From IMG/VR virus record IMGVR_UViG_3300042523_000478, positions 27,987 through 91,986 of that record: 64,000 bases of DNA, one strand, 5' to 3'. The notes beneath the pieces are model-generated. The model saw nothing but the letters and a program-made list of their open reading frames with translations, was not told the DNA's origin and ran no database searches. Made by a program: the position numbers and the translations under genes. Positions 20,960 to 31,833 of this stretch are shown piece after piece. Position 1 is the first letter of the stretch; each line of letters starts with the position of its first letter. This DNA comes from a virus.

Positions 20960-21993
20960 AAAAAATTTTAATACTAGGTGGTGGTGGTTTTATAGGTGGC
21001 CATTTATCAAAAAAATTATATGAACAAGGAAATTTTGTAAGGGTTGTTGATATAAAAAACCACGAATATTTTAAAAGTTCAGATTTTTGTTCTGAATTTA
21101 TTTTAGGTGATTTGAGAGACCCAAATTTTGTTTCCACAATAATGTTCTCACCAAAACAAATTTCTATTGAGGATGGTATTAATTCTTTTGATGAGGTATA
21201 CCAACTAGCCGCAGATATGGGTGGAGCTGGTTATATTTTTACGGGAGAAAATGATGCAAACGTTATGCATAATTCGGCACTAATTAACTTAAATGTTAGT
21301 TATTATGCATCAAAGTTTGGTGTTAAAAAATTATTCTATTCGTCATCGGCTTGTATGTACCCAGAACATAATCAACTAGACCCTGAAAATCCAAACTGTG
21401 AAGAATCTTCCGCATATCCAGCAAATCCCGATTCTGAATATGGTTGGGAAAAATTATTTAGTGAAAGGTTGTATTTTGCGTTTATGAGGAATTATAAACT
21501 AGATATTAGAGTTGGGAGATTCCATAATATATTTGGTCCGTATGGGACTTGGGATGGTGGTAAAGAAAAGGCACCTGCGGCTATGTGTCGAAAAGTATGT
21601 GAAACAAATAATGGTAAATCTATTGAAGTATGGGGAGATGGTCAACAAACCAGATCATTTCTATATATTGATGAGTGTGTTGAGGCGGTTTTAAAATTAA
21701 TGGAAAGTGAATTTATTGGGCCTGTTAATATAGGATCTGAAGAAATGGTAACCATTAATGAGTTAGCTCAAATGGCTATTGATATTTCTAATAAAGAAAT
21801 TACAATTAATAATATAAATGGTGAAGAATTCCAAAAAAAATATGGATTTAAATGTCCGGTTGGTGTAAGAGGAAGAAATTCCGACAACACACTCTTCAAA
21901 GAAAAAATTGGGTGGTCAGTGTCCCAACCTCTATTTGAAGGGATGAAAAAAACATATGAATGGATAAATAAACAAGTAGTTTTAAATAAATGA
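20956..21993 (+). CDS. GDP-mannose 3',5'-epimerase-like extended SDR
   Basis: GGGGFIG, QLAADMGGAGYI, YSSSACMYP, YGWEK, EKAPAAMCRK, GVRGRNSDN are characteristic GME motifs. Confidence 0.85.
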   Translation: MKKILILGGGGFIGGHLSKKLYEQGNFVRVVDIKNHEYFKSSDFCSEFILGDLRDPNFVSTIMFSPKQISIEDGINSFDEVYQLAADMGGAGYIFTGENDANVMHNSALINLNVSYYASKFGVKKLFYSSSACMYPEHNQLDPENPNCEESSAYPANPDSEYGWEKLFSERLYFAFMRNYKLDIRVGRFHNIFGPYGTWDGGKEKAPAAMCRKVCETNNGKSIEVWGDGQQTRSFLYIDECVEAVLKLMESEFIGPVNIGSEEMVTINELAQMAIDISNKEITINNINGEEFQKKYGFKCPVGVRGRNSDNTLFKEKIGWSVSQPLFEGMKKTYEWINKQVVLNK

Positions 21994-22730
21994 CGGCTAG
22001 AAAAAAACCAATACAAAAAGACGATGAAACGTCTCCACAACCACAATTTTCAAAAAAAGATTTGATAAATTCAGTTATAAAGAAAAAACAAAAAAATAAA
22101 TTTTTATCCGAACACCAAGAAGAGTATTATAATATTCTTAGAAACAATCAAATTACGGTTGCGTCAGGACCAGCAGGTGTTGGTAAATCATATATCGCAA
22201 TGAAAGCGGCGGTTGATTTATTAATTGACTCAAACAATTCTTACGAAAAAATTATTATTGTAAGACCGGCAGTTGAGGCAGAGGAAAAATTAGGTTCTTT
22301 ACCTGGTAACCTTGAGGAAAAATTAGATCCTTATATTTTTCCATCTTATTATCTATTAAATAAAATTATTGGTAAAGAGGCTAGAGAAAAATTAAAGGAC
22401 TTAGAGGTTATTGAGGTTTTTGCTTTGGCTTTTATGAGAGGTATGAATATTGACAATTCAATATTAGTTTTTGAGGAAGCTCAAAACTCCACTCCAAATC
22501 AAATGAAATTATTATTAACAAGAATTGGTTATAATAGTAAGTTCTTTATTTCTGGAGATTTAGAACAAACCGATAGATATAAAGATAAAAAACAATCGGG
22601 ACTATATGATGCAATCCAAAGATTTAAAGATGTTCCAGATATTGGTGTTTATGATTTTAGGGACGCTAAGAATGTTAGAAATCCATTAATAAGTAAAATA
22701 CTAAGTAAATATGATGAAAATAGGGATTGA
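21990..22730 (+). CDS. phoH: PhoH-family ATPase
   Basis: GPAGVGKS, RPAVE, LGSLPG, FMRG, EAQN, GDLEQTD, RNPLI. Confidence 0.95.
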   Translation: MTARKKPIQKDDETSPQPQFSKKDLINSVIKKKQKNKFLSEHQEEYYNILRNNQITVASGPAGVGKSYIAMKAAVDLLIDSNNSYEKIIIVRPAVEAEEKLGSLPGNLEEKLDPYIFPSYYLLNKIIGKEAREKLKDLEVIEVFALAFMRGMNIDNSILVFEEAQNSTPNQMKLLLTRIGYNSKFFISGDLEQTDRYKDKKQSGLYDAIQRFKDVPDIGVYDFRDAKNVRNPLISKILSKYDENRD

Positions 22731-23397
22731 GATTAATGGAGTTCTTAGGGATACTATTGGTAAATTCATAGAAATATATGAAAAACATTTACTTGATAGT
22801 CATGAATGTAAATCAACGGATAAAACATATGAGTTAGAATTTTCTGGAGATACTGATGAAGTGGTTTCCATTAATGAGAATGTTAATTCTAATTTGTTTG
22901 AATATAAAATTTTAAGTGATGTTACGTCTTTGGATTTATTAAATCATTTTTCTTTTCCATCAAAAGAGGATCTATATTCTTTTATGTATGAAGAATACAC
23001 AATGGAACTATTTGGTCACGCTCCATCAACAGAAATGTCAACATTTAATATATTAAATGATTTGTATTATGAATTAAGAGATGAATATGATTTATTAATT
23101 GTGTCAGATGAGATTGGTAAATCAAAACCATCTTCATTATTTTTCTTATCAAAGTTTGGATGTTTGATTGAAAAAGTACTTTTTTATAGTGAAATAACTA
23201 AAAATAATATGTGGAATGACGTTGACGTTTTACTTACGGCTAATCCTACCTTATTATTAGAAAAACCAAAGGATAAAATTGTTGTAAAATTTACAACAAA
23301 TTATAATAAACACATTGAATCAGAATATGAGGTATCGTCCCTTTCTGAATTCAAAGAAACTTTAGAAAAAATTAAAAAGTATGTTTCAAGTATTTAA
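22711..23397 (+). CDS. HAD/5'(3')-deoxyribonucleotidase-like fold with degenerate catalytic motif
   Basis: N-terminal KIGIEINGVLRD (cf. IxxDxDGVL) and C-terminal TNYNKH. Confidence 0.5.
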   Translation: MMKIGIEINGVLRDTIGKFIEIYEKHLLDSHECKSTDKTYELEFSGDTDEVVSINENVNSNLFEYKILSDVTSLDLLNHFSFPSKEDLYSFMYEEYTMELFGHAPSTEMSTFNILNDLYYELRDEYDLLIVSDEIGKSKPSSLFFLSKFGCLIEKVLFYSEITKNNMWNDVDVLLTANPTLLLEKPKDKIVVKFTTNYNKHIESEYEVSSLSEFKETLEKIKKYVSSI

Positions 23398-23635
23398 CGA
23401 AAATTACTATGTGGACTTAGAAGTTATTGACCAATATGTCCAATTTGACGGGGAGTCCGGAGAAACCCAAATACATTTAGTAAAATATGAGATTGTAAAA
23501 TCGATGTTGGAAACTGTATTAACCGAAAGTAATGAAGTGGATGAAAATTTAGGGATGAAAAGTAATGAACTATCTATCCCTTTTAAAATTGCATTCAACA
23601 CATTATTGATGAATAAAATAATAAACAAAATATAA
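23381..23635 (+). CDS. Hypothetical protein
   Basis: Overlapping ORF in the operon. Confidence 0.7.
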   Translation: MFQVFNENYYVDLEVIDQYVQFDGESGETQIHLVKYEIVKSMLETVLTESNEVDENLGMKSNELSIPFKIAFNTLLMNKIINKI

Positions 23636-23639
23636 AATT

Positions 23640-24701
23640 ATGAACTCAGAACAAGTAAAAAAACTAGAGAAATCAATCCAAAGTATGAAGGATAAAAAAT
23701 CTCGTTTGTATTTTATAGTACAAGATACTAAAGGAAATGCTAGGGCTTCTGTTAGATATACTTATCAGATGGCAATGACACTTAAAAAAAACGGTTATAA
23801 CCCAATTATATTACACGAAAATAAAGAATATTTTGGTGTTGGTAGTTGGTTAGGTGAAGAATATATGTCCGAACTCCCACATAAATCAATTGATGATGGA
23901 AACTTAGAAATTTCTCCGGATGACCTTTTAATTATTCCAGAAATATTTGGTTACATTATGGAACAAGTTAAAAATTTACCTTGTGGTAAAGTTGTTTTAA
24001 CTCAAGCATATGACCATATTTTTGAAACTTTACAACCTGGTCAAAGTTGGACTCAGATGAGTTTTTATAAATGTATTACTACATCAGAAAAACAAAAAGA
24101 ACGTATTGACACTCTAATGAGAAAAATTTCATTTGACATTATTGAACCGGTTATTTCTGAAGTTTTTGAAAAATCAGAGTTTCCACCTAAAACAATTATC
24201 TCAATTCACACTAGAGACCAAAGAGATACTGCCAACATTATAAAACAATTCTACGTTAGATTCCCACAATATAGATGGATAACATTTAGAGATTTAAGAG
24301 GTCTAACTGAAACTGAATTTGCAAATGCACTTAAAGATAGTTTCTTATCTGTCTGGGTAGATGAAACTAGTGGGTTTGGTACCTTTCCTCTTGAATCAAT
24401 GAAGATGGGAGTTCCGGTAATTGGTCTAGTACCTAATTTGCAACCGGAATGGTTAAATGAAGATAACGGACTATGGTTAGTTAATAAAAACTCAATGGTG
24501 GATGTTATTTCAGATTTTGTCCAAAATTGGTTAGAGGATAATGTTAACCCTGAATTATATACTTTTATGAAAAAAACCTCGTCTGAATATTCAGATATGT
24601 CAAAGTTTGAATCTCGCGTTTTGGAAGTGTTCTCAAACATGATAGAAACAAGAATGAAAACATTTGAAGAACAATTAACTAAATTTGAAACAATAGAATA
24701 A
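23640..24701 (+). CDS. GT-B-like glycosyltransferase
   Basis: LLIIPE and SGFGTFPLESMKMGVPVIG (E-x7-E-like GT4 motif). Confidence 0.7.
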   Translation: MNSEQVKKLEKSIQSMKDKKSRLYFIVQDTKGNARASVRYTYQMAMTLKKNGYNPIILHENKEYFGVGSWLGEEYMSELPHKSIDDGNLEISPDDLLIIPEIFGYIMEQVKNLPCGKVVLTQAYDHIFETLQPGQSWTQMSFYKCITTSEKQKERIDTLMRKISFDIIEPVISEVFEKSEFPPKTIISIHTRDQRDTANIIKQFYVRFPQYRWITFRDLRGLTETEFANALKDSFLSVWVDETSGFGTFPLESMKMGVPVIGLVPNLQPEWLNEDNGLWLVNKNSMVDVISDFVQNWLEDNVNPELYTFMKKTSSEYSDMSKFESRVLEVFSNMIETRMKTFEEQLTKFETIE

Positions 24702-24702
24702 T

Positions 24703-25509
24703 ATGGAAACAAAAAACACTATTTCGGTTATCTTACCAATTAAAACAGGTAATGTATTTGGCTTTGATGATTATTTCACTAAAGCAATCACCTCACTTAA
24801 AAACCAAACTGGATTGGTTGACGAACTAATCATTGTCCATACTGGAGAATCTACATTCTTAAATTTTGTAAAGGATTTTGATTTTGAAGGTCTAAACGTT
24901 ATTATTGAACAATACGATGAAGACCCTAATTTTGCGTCTCAAGTTAATTACGGTATTGAGAAAGCAACTTCTGAATGGGTATCTATTTTAGAATTTGATG
25001 ATGAGTACTCCAACATTTGGTTTAAAAATGCAAAAAACTATATGGGAATTTATGGAGATGTGGACGCATTTTTACCAATAGTTGTTGACGTTAACGATAA
25101 AGGGGTGTTTGTAGGATTTACAAACGAAGCCACATTTGCGGCAAACTTCACATCGGAAATGGGAATTTTAACTAATGAAACATTACTTACATATCAAAAC
25201 TTCCAAATCTCAGGAATGTTAATTAAAAAAGAAAAATATGTTAAATTTGGTATGATTAAACCATCTTTTAGATTAACCTTTGGTTATGAGTTCTTATTAA
25301 GAATGACACATAATTCACTTAAATTTATGGCAATCCCTAAAATTGGTTATAAACATATGAATTTAAGAGAGGGGTCAATTTTTTGGAACTATAAAAATGG
25401 TGATGATAGACTTTCTGAAGATGAGGTTAAGTTCTGGGTTGAGTCGGCAAAAAAAGAATATCTATATATTAAAGATAGAGACATAAAATATGAACCACAA
25501 GAAGTTTAA
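24703..25509 (+). CDS. GT2-like glycosyltransferase
   Basis: ISVILPI, NYGIEKATSEWVSILEFDD. Confidence 0.75.
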   Translation: METKNTISVILPIKTGNVFGFDDYFTKAITSLKNQTGLVDELIIVHTGESTFLNFVKDFDFEGLNVIIEQYDEDPNFASQVNYGIEKATSEWVSILEFDDEYSNIWFKNAKNYMGIYGDVDAFLPIVVDVNDKGVFVGFTNEATFAANFTSEMGILTNETLLTYQNFQISGMLIKKEKYVKFGMIKPSFRLTFGYEFLLRMTHNSLKFMAIPKIGYKHMNLREGSIFWNYKNGDDRLSEDEVKFWVESAKKEYLYIKDRDIKYEPQEV

Positions 25510-26258
25510 TGTTAGAAAATGAACAAATTTGTGAAAATTGTGATGAAAAGAAAAAGAAAGGAAGAAAACCAAAAACAACAAATTATTTTGCAGAACGAGA
25601 AGAAAATGCGGTTAGAGAATATCTAACCGCAACTACTTTTGAAGAGAAGAATAAAATATATAATGAGTTTTTAAAGTTTCCTTTGGATAAGATGATATCG
25701 TCAATAATAAGACGATATAAATTATATAGAAAAGATATGAGTTACGATGAAATTCATGTTGATACACATTCATTTTTGATGACAAAAATTGATAAATTTA
25801 AACCGTCAAAAGAAAAAAAAGCGTATTCATATTTTGGTACTATCTGTAAGAATTATCTTATGGGTCAAATTATGAAAGACCAGAAGGAAACTAATCGTAA
25901 AATTTCATACGAGGACATTTCATCTGATTTACAACATAGTCCTGATATGATTTATTACATTGATAATGAAGAGTTAACTACAGAAGAAATTATTAAAAAA
26001 TTTTTAAATAAGTTAAAAGATAGTATGGATGATAATAAAATAACCGAACAAGAGGTAAAATTAGGCCAAGCAATCTCTGACCTTTTTGAAAATTATGGAT
26101 CAATATTTCCTGACACAAATAATAATAAGTTTAATAAAAATGTAATTTTATTTGAGTTAAGGGAAATGACCAACCTATCAACAAAAGAAATTAGAAGTTC
26201 TATGAAAAGATATAAAAAATTATATTTAGAACTTATCCAAGAGATTTTAAAAAATTGA
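25509..26258 (+). CDS. T4 gp55-like late transcription sigma factor
   Basis: NYF...KIDKFKPSKEKKAYSYFGTICKNYL resembles sigma region 2 of gp55-type factors (F.P.K....F.YF..I). Confidence 0.65.
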   Translation: MLENEQICENCDEKKKKGRKPKTTNYFAEREENAVREYLTATTFEEKNKIYNEFLKFPLDKMISSIIRRYKLYRKDMSYDEIHVDTHSFLMTKIDKFKPSKEKKAYSYFGTICKNYLMGQIMKDQKETNRKISYEDISSDLQHSPDMIYYIDNEELTTEEIIKKFLNKLKDSMDDNKITEQEVKLGQAISDLFENYGSIFPDTNNNKFNKNVILFELREMTNLSTKEIRSSMKRYKKLYLELIQEILKN

Positions 26259-26269
26259 TATTTATAAAT

Positions 26270-26641
26270 ATGGGAAGACCACCAAAAAAAGAAATTAATT
26301 TAACCAAAGATTCTATGTTATCTTTGATGCAAGAAATCTACAACGAATTAGTGGAACAAAGAAATACCGCAATTAGAATCCAAAATAAAATGTTAACAAT
26401 GATGAAGGAACCAGAAGATATGACTCTTATTGGTCCTGTTATTGAAAAACAACAAAAAATAATTAATGATTGTGTGGAGAAAAAATTATCCCTCTCAAAG
26501 TTACAAGCACAAATTTGGCAAAAATCTCAAGAAAGACAAGATGATAATTTTACACTTTCTGATTTGGATTTAGATGATGATGTGATGAAAAACTTAATTG
26601 ACAAAGATACGTCAGATAAAAATTACAAATTAAATAAGTGA
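26270..26641 (+). CDS. Hypothetical coiled-coil protein
   Basis: ATG at 26270 (MGRPPKK) lies 4 nt after TATTTAT. Confidence 0.7.
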   Translation: MGRPPKKEINLTKDSMLSLMQEIYNELVEQRNTAIRIQNKMLTMMKEPEDMTLIGPVIEKQQKIINDCVEKKLSLSKLQAQIWQKSQERQDDNFTLSDLDLDDDVMKNLIDKDTSDKNYKLNK

Positions 26642-26642
26642 T

Positions 26643-28643
26643 ATGGCTATTGATATTGAGGAAGGTTATGAATCTATTGGTAGTTCTATAACCAAGAATA
26701 AAACGTATAAACAAATATCTTTAGATTATAAAAAACTAAAAAAGAAAGCGGGTAGTTCTTATGAAAAAAATAAGAAGAAGATAACCCAAACTCTTGATAG
26801 TGCAAAAAAGAAAAAACAAAAATATCAAAAAAGCGCAAACAGTCAGATAGATAATTTAATGAAACTTAAATTAGATTCTGGAGATAATTTACCATCAAAA
26901 GATGATTTAATGGGGGGTAGCTTTAAAAAGTTAAAAGATTCAAAATATAATAAAATACCCGGACTTAAAATAAAAGGTAAAAATAGCACACAAAAATATA
27001 TAATTAATAAATTTGTAACTGCGCTTAATGAGTTAAAACCTAAAATTCTTGAGTTAATAGAACAAGAAATTTTAAATGCTGCGGGTTGTTCCCAAGACCA
27101 AACATACACACCAAACCAAGATTTATATTTAAAAGTTAAATCTATTGATTTATTAGGTCAGTTAATGGTTGACCCTAATAATAATGTTGGTCAAATAATT
27201 TATGAAGATAAAACTCTTTCTTATCCTGGAAGTCCGTTTGCAATGAATAAAGAATTGTATAATAGGATTCAAAATATTAACCAACCATTTTCCGTTCAAT
27301 ATTCTTCAAACTACCAAGGAAAATCAGGACAAAATTTATTTGATATAACTTATGTTGAGAATTACATTGACCCATTTGGTAATAACGTTACTGGTAACTT
27401 TTATAAAGTTAATTTATCTAACAGATTAACAGGAAACAAAATAAAAGAATTTTTAAAAGATTATTACTCAACGATTGAGGTTATTGATTTTAAAAATATT
27501 TTTGCTAATTTAATGAATCAACTAACTGGAGCCGTATCCATTGAAAAAGGTGATGGTAAGTCCGATCTTGAGTCACTACAAAAAGTGTTTATACTCCTAC
27601 AAAGAATAATGGGGTTATGTTATGATAACACTAAAGAGATTGATGTTTCTGGTACCGCAAAAGTTTCTGAAAACGATAATATTGACGATTCTTTTTTTGA
27701 ATTTACCGAAATTGATTTAAATTTTATTGACCAAAATGTTTCGGATATTATTAATGGTGTTGCAACGTTTGAAGAATGTGATAATGTACAATTACCAATT
27801 AATAGTACCGCAATTGTAAACTCAATTAATAATTTGGTTTTTGTTCCTGGAACAAATAATAATAACACCCTTGAGGATGCAACAAATATAACTGACACAA
27901 TAACTAAAAATCCAGATTGGGTACCATTACAAATAAATTTAGATGCATCTTTTATTAAAGAATTTCCCAAATCAGTCGTTTTGTCTTTATTATCACCAAA
28001 AACATTATTACCTCTTGGTATTGTATTAAAGGCGTTAAATCAAAATGTAATGGATGAAGTATTTTCATACGTTGATTTTATAAAAAAATTAAAAACATTT
28101 TTCACTAGTGTTGTTTCTAAAATAGGTGCAATTTTTATTAAAATTATTTTTGATTCTATTAAAGAAGACATAAAAGAATTATTACAAACAATCACTACCG
28201 ATATTGGAAATGAAAAAGTTAATAAAAAATTATCAATAATATTGGCATTAACTCAAATAATATTGGCAATTGCTAAATTGGTTAAAGATTTTAGAGAATG
28301 TAAAAGTGTAATAGATGATTTACAAAATTTATTAAAATTAGCATCTAAAGGTTTTGGGAATCAAGTTCCTCTACCTTTGTTATTAGCATCAAGATTTTTA
28401 AGTGGATTTTCATCAACCAGAGCATTTTTAAATGTTATTGAGGAATTTGAAAAGTTAGGTATTCCTACAGGACCTATGTCGGATGGGTCACCAAATAAAT
28501 TTATGGCATCAATTAAGGCGGTTATTGATGGGATTGATAAAGAAGAATCACAAAATGGTCAAGTACAGGTGGCGGTTGATTTATTGTCAATCACACCTAT
28601 TGGTCAAACAATCCCTAAAGTAGTGTTCGGTAAAAAATTATAA
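26643..28643 (+). CDS. Hypothetical protein, probably tail/baseplate associated
   Basis: 666-aa ORF upstream of the gp5-like gene. Confidence 0.55.
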   Translation: MAIDIEEGYESIGSSITKNKTYKQISLDYKKLKKKAGSSYEKNKKKITQTLDSAKKKKQKYQKSANSQIDNLMKLKLDSGDNLPSKDDLMGGSFKKLKDSKYNKIPGLKIKGKNSTQKYIINKFVTALNELKPKILELIEQEILNAAGCSQDQTYTPNQDLYLKVKSIDLLGQLMVDPNNNVGQIIYEDKTLSYPGSPFAMNKELYNRIQNINQPFSVQYSSNYQGKSGQNLFDITYVENYIDPFGNNVTGNFYKVNLSNRLTGNKIKEFLKDYYSTIEVIDFKNIFANLMNQLTGAVSIEKGDGKSDLESLQKVFILLQRIMGLCYDNTKEIDVSGTAKVSENDNIDDSFFEFTEIDLNFIDQNVSDIINGVATFEECDNVQLPINSTAIVNSINNLVFVPGTNNNNTLEDATNITDTITKNPDWVPLQINLDASFIKEFPKSVVLSLLSPKTLLPLGIVLKALNQNVMDEVFSYVDFIKKLKTFFTSVVSKIGAIFIKIIFDSIKEDIKELLQTITTDIGNEKVNKKLSIILALTQIILAIAKLVKDFRECKSVIDDLQNLLKLASKGFGNQVPLPLLLASRFLSGFSSTRAFLNVIEEFEKLGIPTGPMSDGSPNKFMASIKAVIDGIDKEESQNGQVQVAVDLLSITPIGQTIPKVVFGKKL

Positions 28644-28644
28644 C

Positions 28645-28857
28645 ATGGAAAATAATATAGAAACAAATAAAATAGTAGAAATCATAACTGAATATAAAGT
28701 AAGACCAAAAAAAGATCTTGAATTTGCTATGGATTTTATTAATGAAGATTTTGAAAAAACAAAAAATGTTGTTTTAAAAATGACAAAACATTTAGATAAG
28801 TTAGAGACAACTTATAATAGTTTATTAAAGGAGTACAACTCAAGAAATGGAAGATAA
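28645..28857 (+). CDS. Hypothetical protein
   Basis: ORF in the operon. Confidence 0.65.
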   Translation: MENNIETNKIVEIITEYKVRPKKDLEFAMDFINEDFEKTKNVVLKMTKHLDKLETTYNSLLKEYNSRNGR

Positions 28858-30349
28858 AAGAATTATAATATCCGGTAAAGTTTTAGATAATGTCGACCCA
28901 CTAATGTTGGGTAGACTTAGGGTATTACCAAAAATTGATAATCAATTACAAGCACTCCCAGTAGATTGGAATGCATCTAAAGATATATGGACTTATAAAG
29001 ACCCTTTTGTTTTTTTACCATTAATACCATACTACATTAGTCAGGTTCCAAGAGTGGGTGAATATGTTCACGTTATGTATGCAACTCGTGATGAAATAAG
29101 GGGGGCAAACAAATTCTACATACAAGGTCCTGTAAGTCGTCCTTGGAACAATTATTTTGAATCTTATGATAACTCCCAATCTATGTTAGACAATGGAGTT
29201 TACATAAAACAAGCAAAGGACGTTAGAAACAAACTTACCGGAGAAATTGATGTGGACATACGTGGGGTATATCCGGAACCTGGAGATAACGCAATTTTAG
29301 GTAGAGGAACATCGGACCTATTAATTAAACAAGAAGATATTATTTTAAGGTCTGGAAAATATATTAAATCACCAAATAAAGAAATACCAACATCAAACGA
29401 TCTTAGGTCATTTGTTCAATTATCAAATTATACTTTAGAAAGGGTTGATGATGGAGCAATGAGTTTAAATGTTGATTTTTATGTTGACCAAGAAGTTAAA
29501 AACTTTGTTGAGTGGTCAATAACCGGAGTAGATACCACTTTAAATATTATGAGTGGGTATGTTCAAACTAATAGTGTTAAACCAACGGATTCAACAAAAG
29601 TTTTAAATTTTGCAATTAATACCGGAACAACATCTAATTGTATTCCTGTTCCAGGTTCAAAAATGGAGTTTACCGGTTTTACCGCATTACAAGTAAGTTC
29701 TTTAGTTAATCAATATATTAGAGGATTCAATAGAGGTAAAGTTACAATACCTGGATATAAAGATTATCCAAATAATGGAATATTGAATCAACAATTCCCA
29801 TTTGTTTTTGGTCCAAACGTAAGTACAAATGAAAAATTATTAAGTAATGATGTAATAGTATCTAATTTAATAACAACAGTTTTTAATGAAATAAAATTAA
29901 ATGAAGTTAATAGTGAGTCAGGGTTTGCAGTTGTTTGGGATAAAGATACCGTAGGACCTCAAAAAGTTTCTAAGGAAACTATTGTAGAAAAAATAAAGTA
30001 TCTTGAGAGACCTGTAACATATGGATTAATGGGTGGTGATTATCTTTATTTATTGTCTCACAGAGCAGAAAATCCAAATAGAAATATTTTTAATTTAAAA
30101 GATACCTTATATGGAATATCTCAGGAAAAAATCCTTGACGATATAAAACCAAACACAAGTTCTATGGTTAGAGGTGAGGAACTTATAGATTTTCTAAAAC
30201 TAATTGTTGACTTTATTCAGGCTCATACTCACAACATTAATGAGGCTCCAATACAAGAACCATTACAAGGAGTTAAAATTTCAGACATAACAACCGCATT
30301 AGCAAATGCAGAAAAAACAATTTTAAATCAAAATATTCGAATTAATTGA
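28847..30349 (+). CDS. Baseplate central spike (gp5/VgrG-like OB-fold)
   Basis: N-terminal GKVLDNVDPLMLGRLRV and P..GEYV; C-terminal HTH (HxH) spike-tip motif. Confidence 0.7.
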   Translation: MEDKRIIISGKVLDNVDPLMLGRLRVLPKIDNQLQALPVDWNASKDIWTYKDPFVFLPLIPYYISQVPRVGEYVHVMYATRDEIRGANKFYIQGPVSRPWNNYFESYDNSQSMLDNGVYIKQAKDVRNKLTGEIDVDIRGVYPEPGDNAILGRGTSDLLIKQEDIILRSGKYIKSPNKEIPTSNDLRSFVQLSNYTLERVDDGAMSLNVDFYVDQEVKNFVEWSITGVDTTLNIMSGYVQTNSVKPTDSTKVLNFAINTGTTSNCIPVPGSKMEFTGFTALQVSSLVNQYIRGFNRGKVTIPGYKDYPNNGILNQQFPFVFGPNVSTNEKLLSNDVIVSNLITTVFNEIKLNEVNSESGFAVVWDKDTVGPQKVSKETIVEKIKYLERPVTYGLMGGDYLYLLSHRAENPNRNIFNLKDTLYGISQEKILDDIKPNTSSMVRGEELIDFLKLIVDFIQAHTHNINEAPIQEPLQGVKISDITTALANAEKTILNQNIRIN

Positions 30350-30369
30350 TATTTATATTAAAAAAGTAA

Positions 30370-31833
30370 ATGTCAATTCACAACTCTTATTTTAGTAGGA
30401 ATAACACTATCGTCTACAGTGGTTTAACAAATACGGGAAGAAATCCTATTGTTGAGTTGTACTATGGTGACGGTGATGTTAAAATCCCAATTGGATTCTC
30501 AAGATTTATATTTAATATAGACCTTACAGAATTACAGGAAAAGTATCAACAAGGAATTATTACAACAGGCGTAACCTGTTTTGATAATGTTAAACACACT
30601 TTAAGGATGGTTAATACCTCTTTTTTTGATAGGGATTTTTTAAATACAAAGACCGCATCAGAAATGGAAAGAGCAACTTCATTTGATTTAATTTTGTGGA
30701 GAATACCTTATGAGGATTTTAACGAAACAAAACCACAAACTTGGGATGAAGGTGTTGGTTATGATTTCACAGATGTACAGTCATTACCTGGAGATAGAAA
30801 TTATTCTGTAAGACCATCTAACTGGGTTCAAAGAGAAACTTTATATGATTGGGAACAACAAGGAATTTATGATAATACAAATTCTGGTGTTTTTAATTTT
30901 TCGGCATTAACCATTGTTGATATACAACATTTTGAATTTGGGGATGAGAACATTGAGTTTGATATGACAAATGATATAAATTCAATTATACAAGGTAATT
31001 TTGTTAACCCTGTTGGTTGGGGAATTTCATATTTACCCCAATTAGAAAATTTAACTGGGACAACCGCACCTTATTATGTTGGGTTCTTTTCAAGACATAC
31101 TCAGACATTTTATGAACCAAGATTAGAAACTGTATATGACGATTTAATTGAGGATGATAGGAATACTTTTTCTTTAGGTAAAACAAACAAACTTTACCTT
31201 TACTCTTTTGAAGATGGTAGTTTTCAAAATCTTGATGAAAATCCTTTTGTCACTATTAAGGATCAAACTGGGACTGCAATTCCAGGATTAATTAATCTAC
31301 CCACATGTCAAAGAACACAAGGGGTTTATGAGGTTACAATACCTCCACTTATTGGATACCACACACCTTGTATATTCACAGATACTTGGTCTAATATAAA
31401 GTTAAATGGATTTTCATTACCTAATGTGGTTAATGAGTTTGTAATTTACCCAATTAAAAAATCCATACAACTTACAACAACAACTAATGAACCAGCAACA
31501 TATGGTTTTGATTTTTATGGTGTTAAACAAGATGAAAAAATATTAAACACCGATATTAGAAAAGTTAGCGTAATTATTAAACAAGCTTTTACAACTAATA
31601 AACAACTACCAAAAGTAGAAGGTTTTTATCGTGTTTATGTTAGAGAAGGTCAAACAGAAGTTCAAGTTCAAGATTGGACAAAATTAAATAGAACATCAAA
31701 TGAATATTATTTTATTTTTGATATGAGAGATAAAATACCAAATGAGTATTATGTTGATTTAAAAGTTATTTCAAGTGGTGAGATAAATACATTTAAAAGA
31801 ACAATAAAATTCCAGATTGTGAATAAAAAATAA
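30370..31833 (+). CDS. Putative virion structural protein
   Basis: beta-rich 487-aa ORF with WDEGVGYD motif; late motif upstream. Confidence 0.5.
   Translation: MSIHNSYFSRNNTIVYSGLTNTGRNPIVELYYGDGDVKIPIGFSRFIFNIDLTELQEKYQQGIITTGVTCFDNVKHTLRMVNTSFFDRDFLNTKTASEMERATSFDLILWRIPYEDFNETKPQTWDEGVGYDFTDVQSLPGDRNYSVRPSNWVQRETLYDWEQQGIYDNTNSGVFNFSALTIVDIQHFEFGDENIEFDMTNDINSIIQGNFVNPVGWGISYLPQLENLTGTTAPYYVGFFSRHTQTFYEPRLETVYDDLIEDDRNTFSLGKTNKLYLYSFEDGSFQNLDENPFVTIKDQTGTAIPGLINLPTCQRTQGVYEVTIPPLIGYHTPCIFTDTWSNIKLNGFSLPNVVNEFVIYPIKKSIQLTTTTNEPATYGFDFYGVKQDEKILNTDIRKVSVIIKQAFTTNKQLPKVEGFYRVYVREGQTEVQVQDWTKLNRTSNEYYFIFDMRDKIPNEYYVDLKVISSGEINTFKRTIKFQIVNKK

Noticed and set aside
11742-25509. Bacterial chromosomal LPS/capsule locus
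   Set aside because: Contiguous with phage sigma and structural genes, includes phage-type dUTPase/PhoH, and lacks wzx/wzy or ABC export genes.
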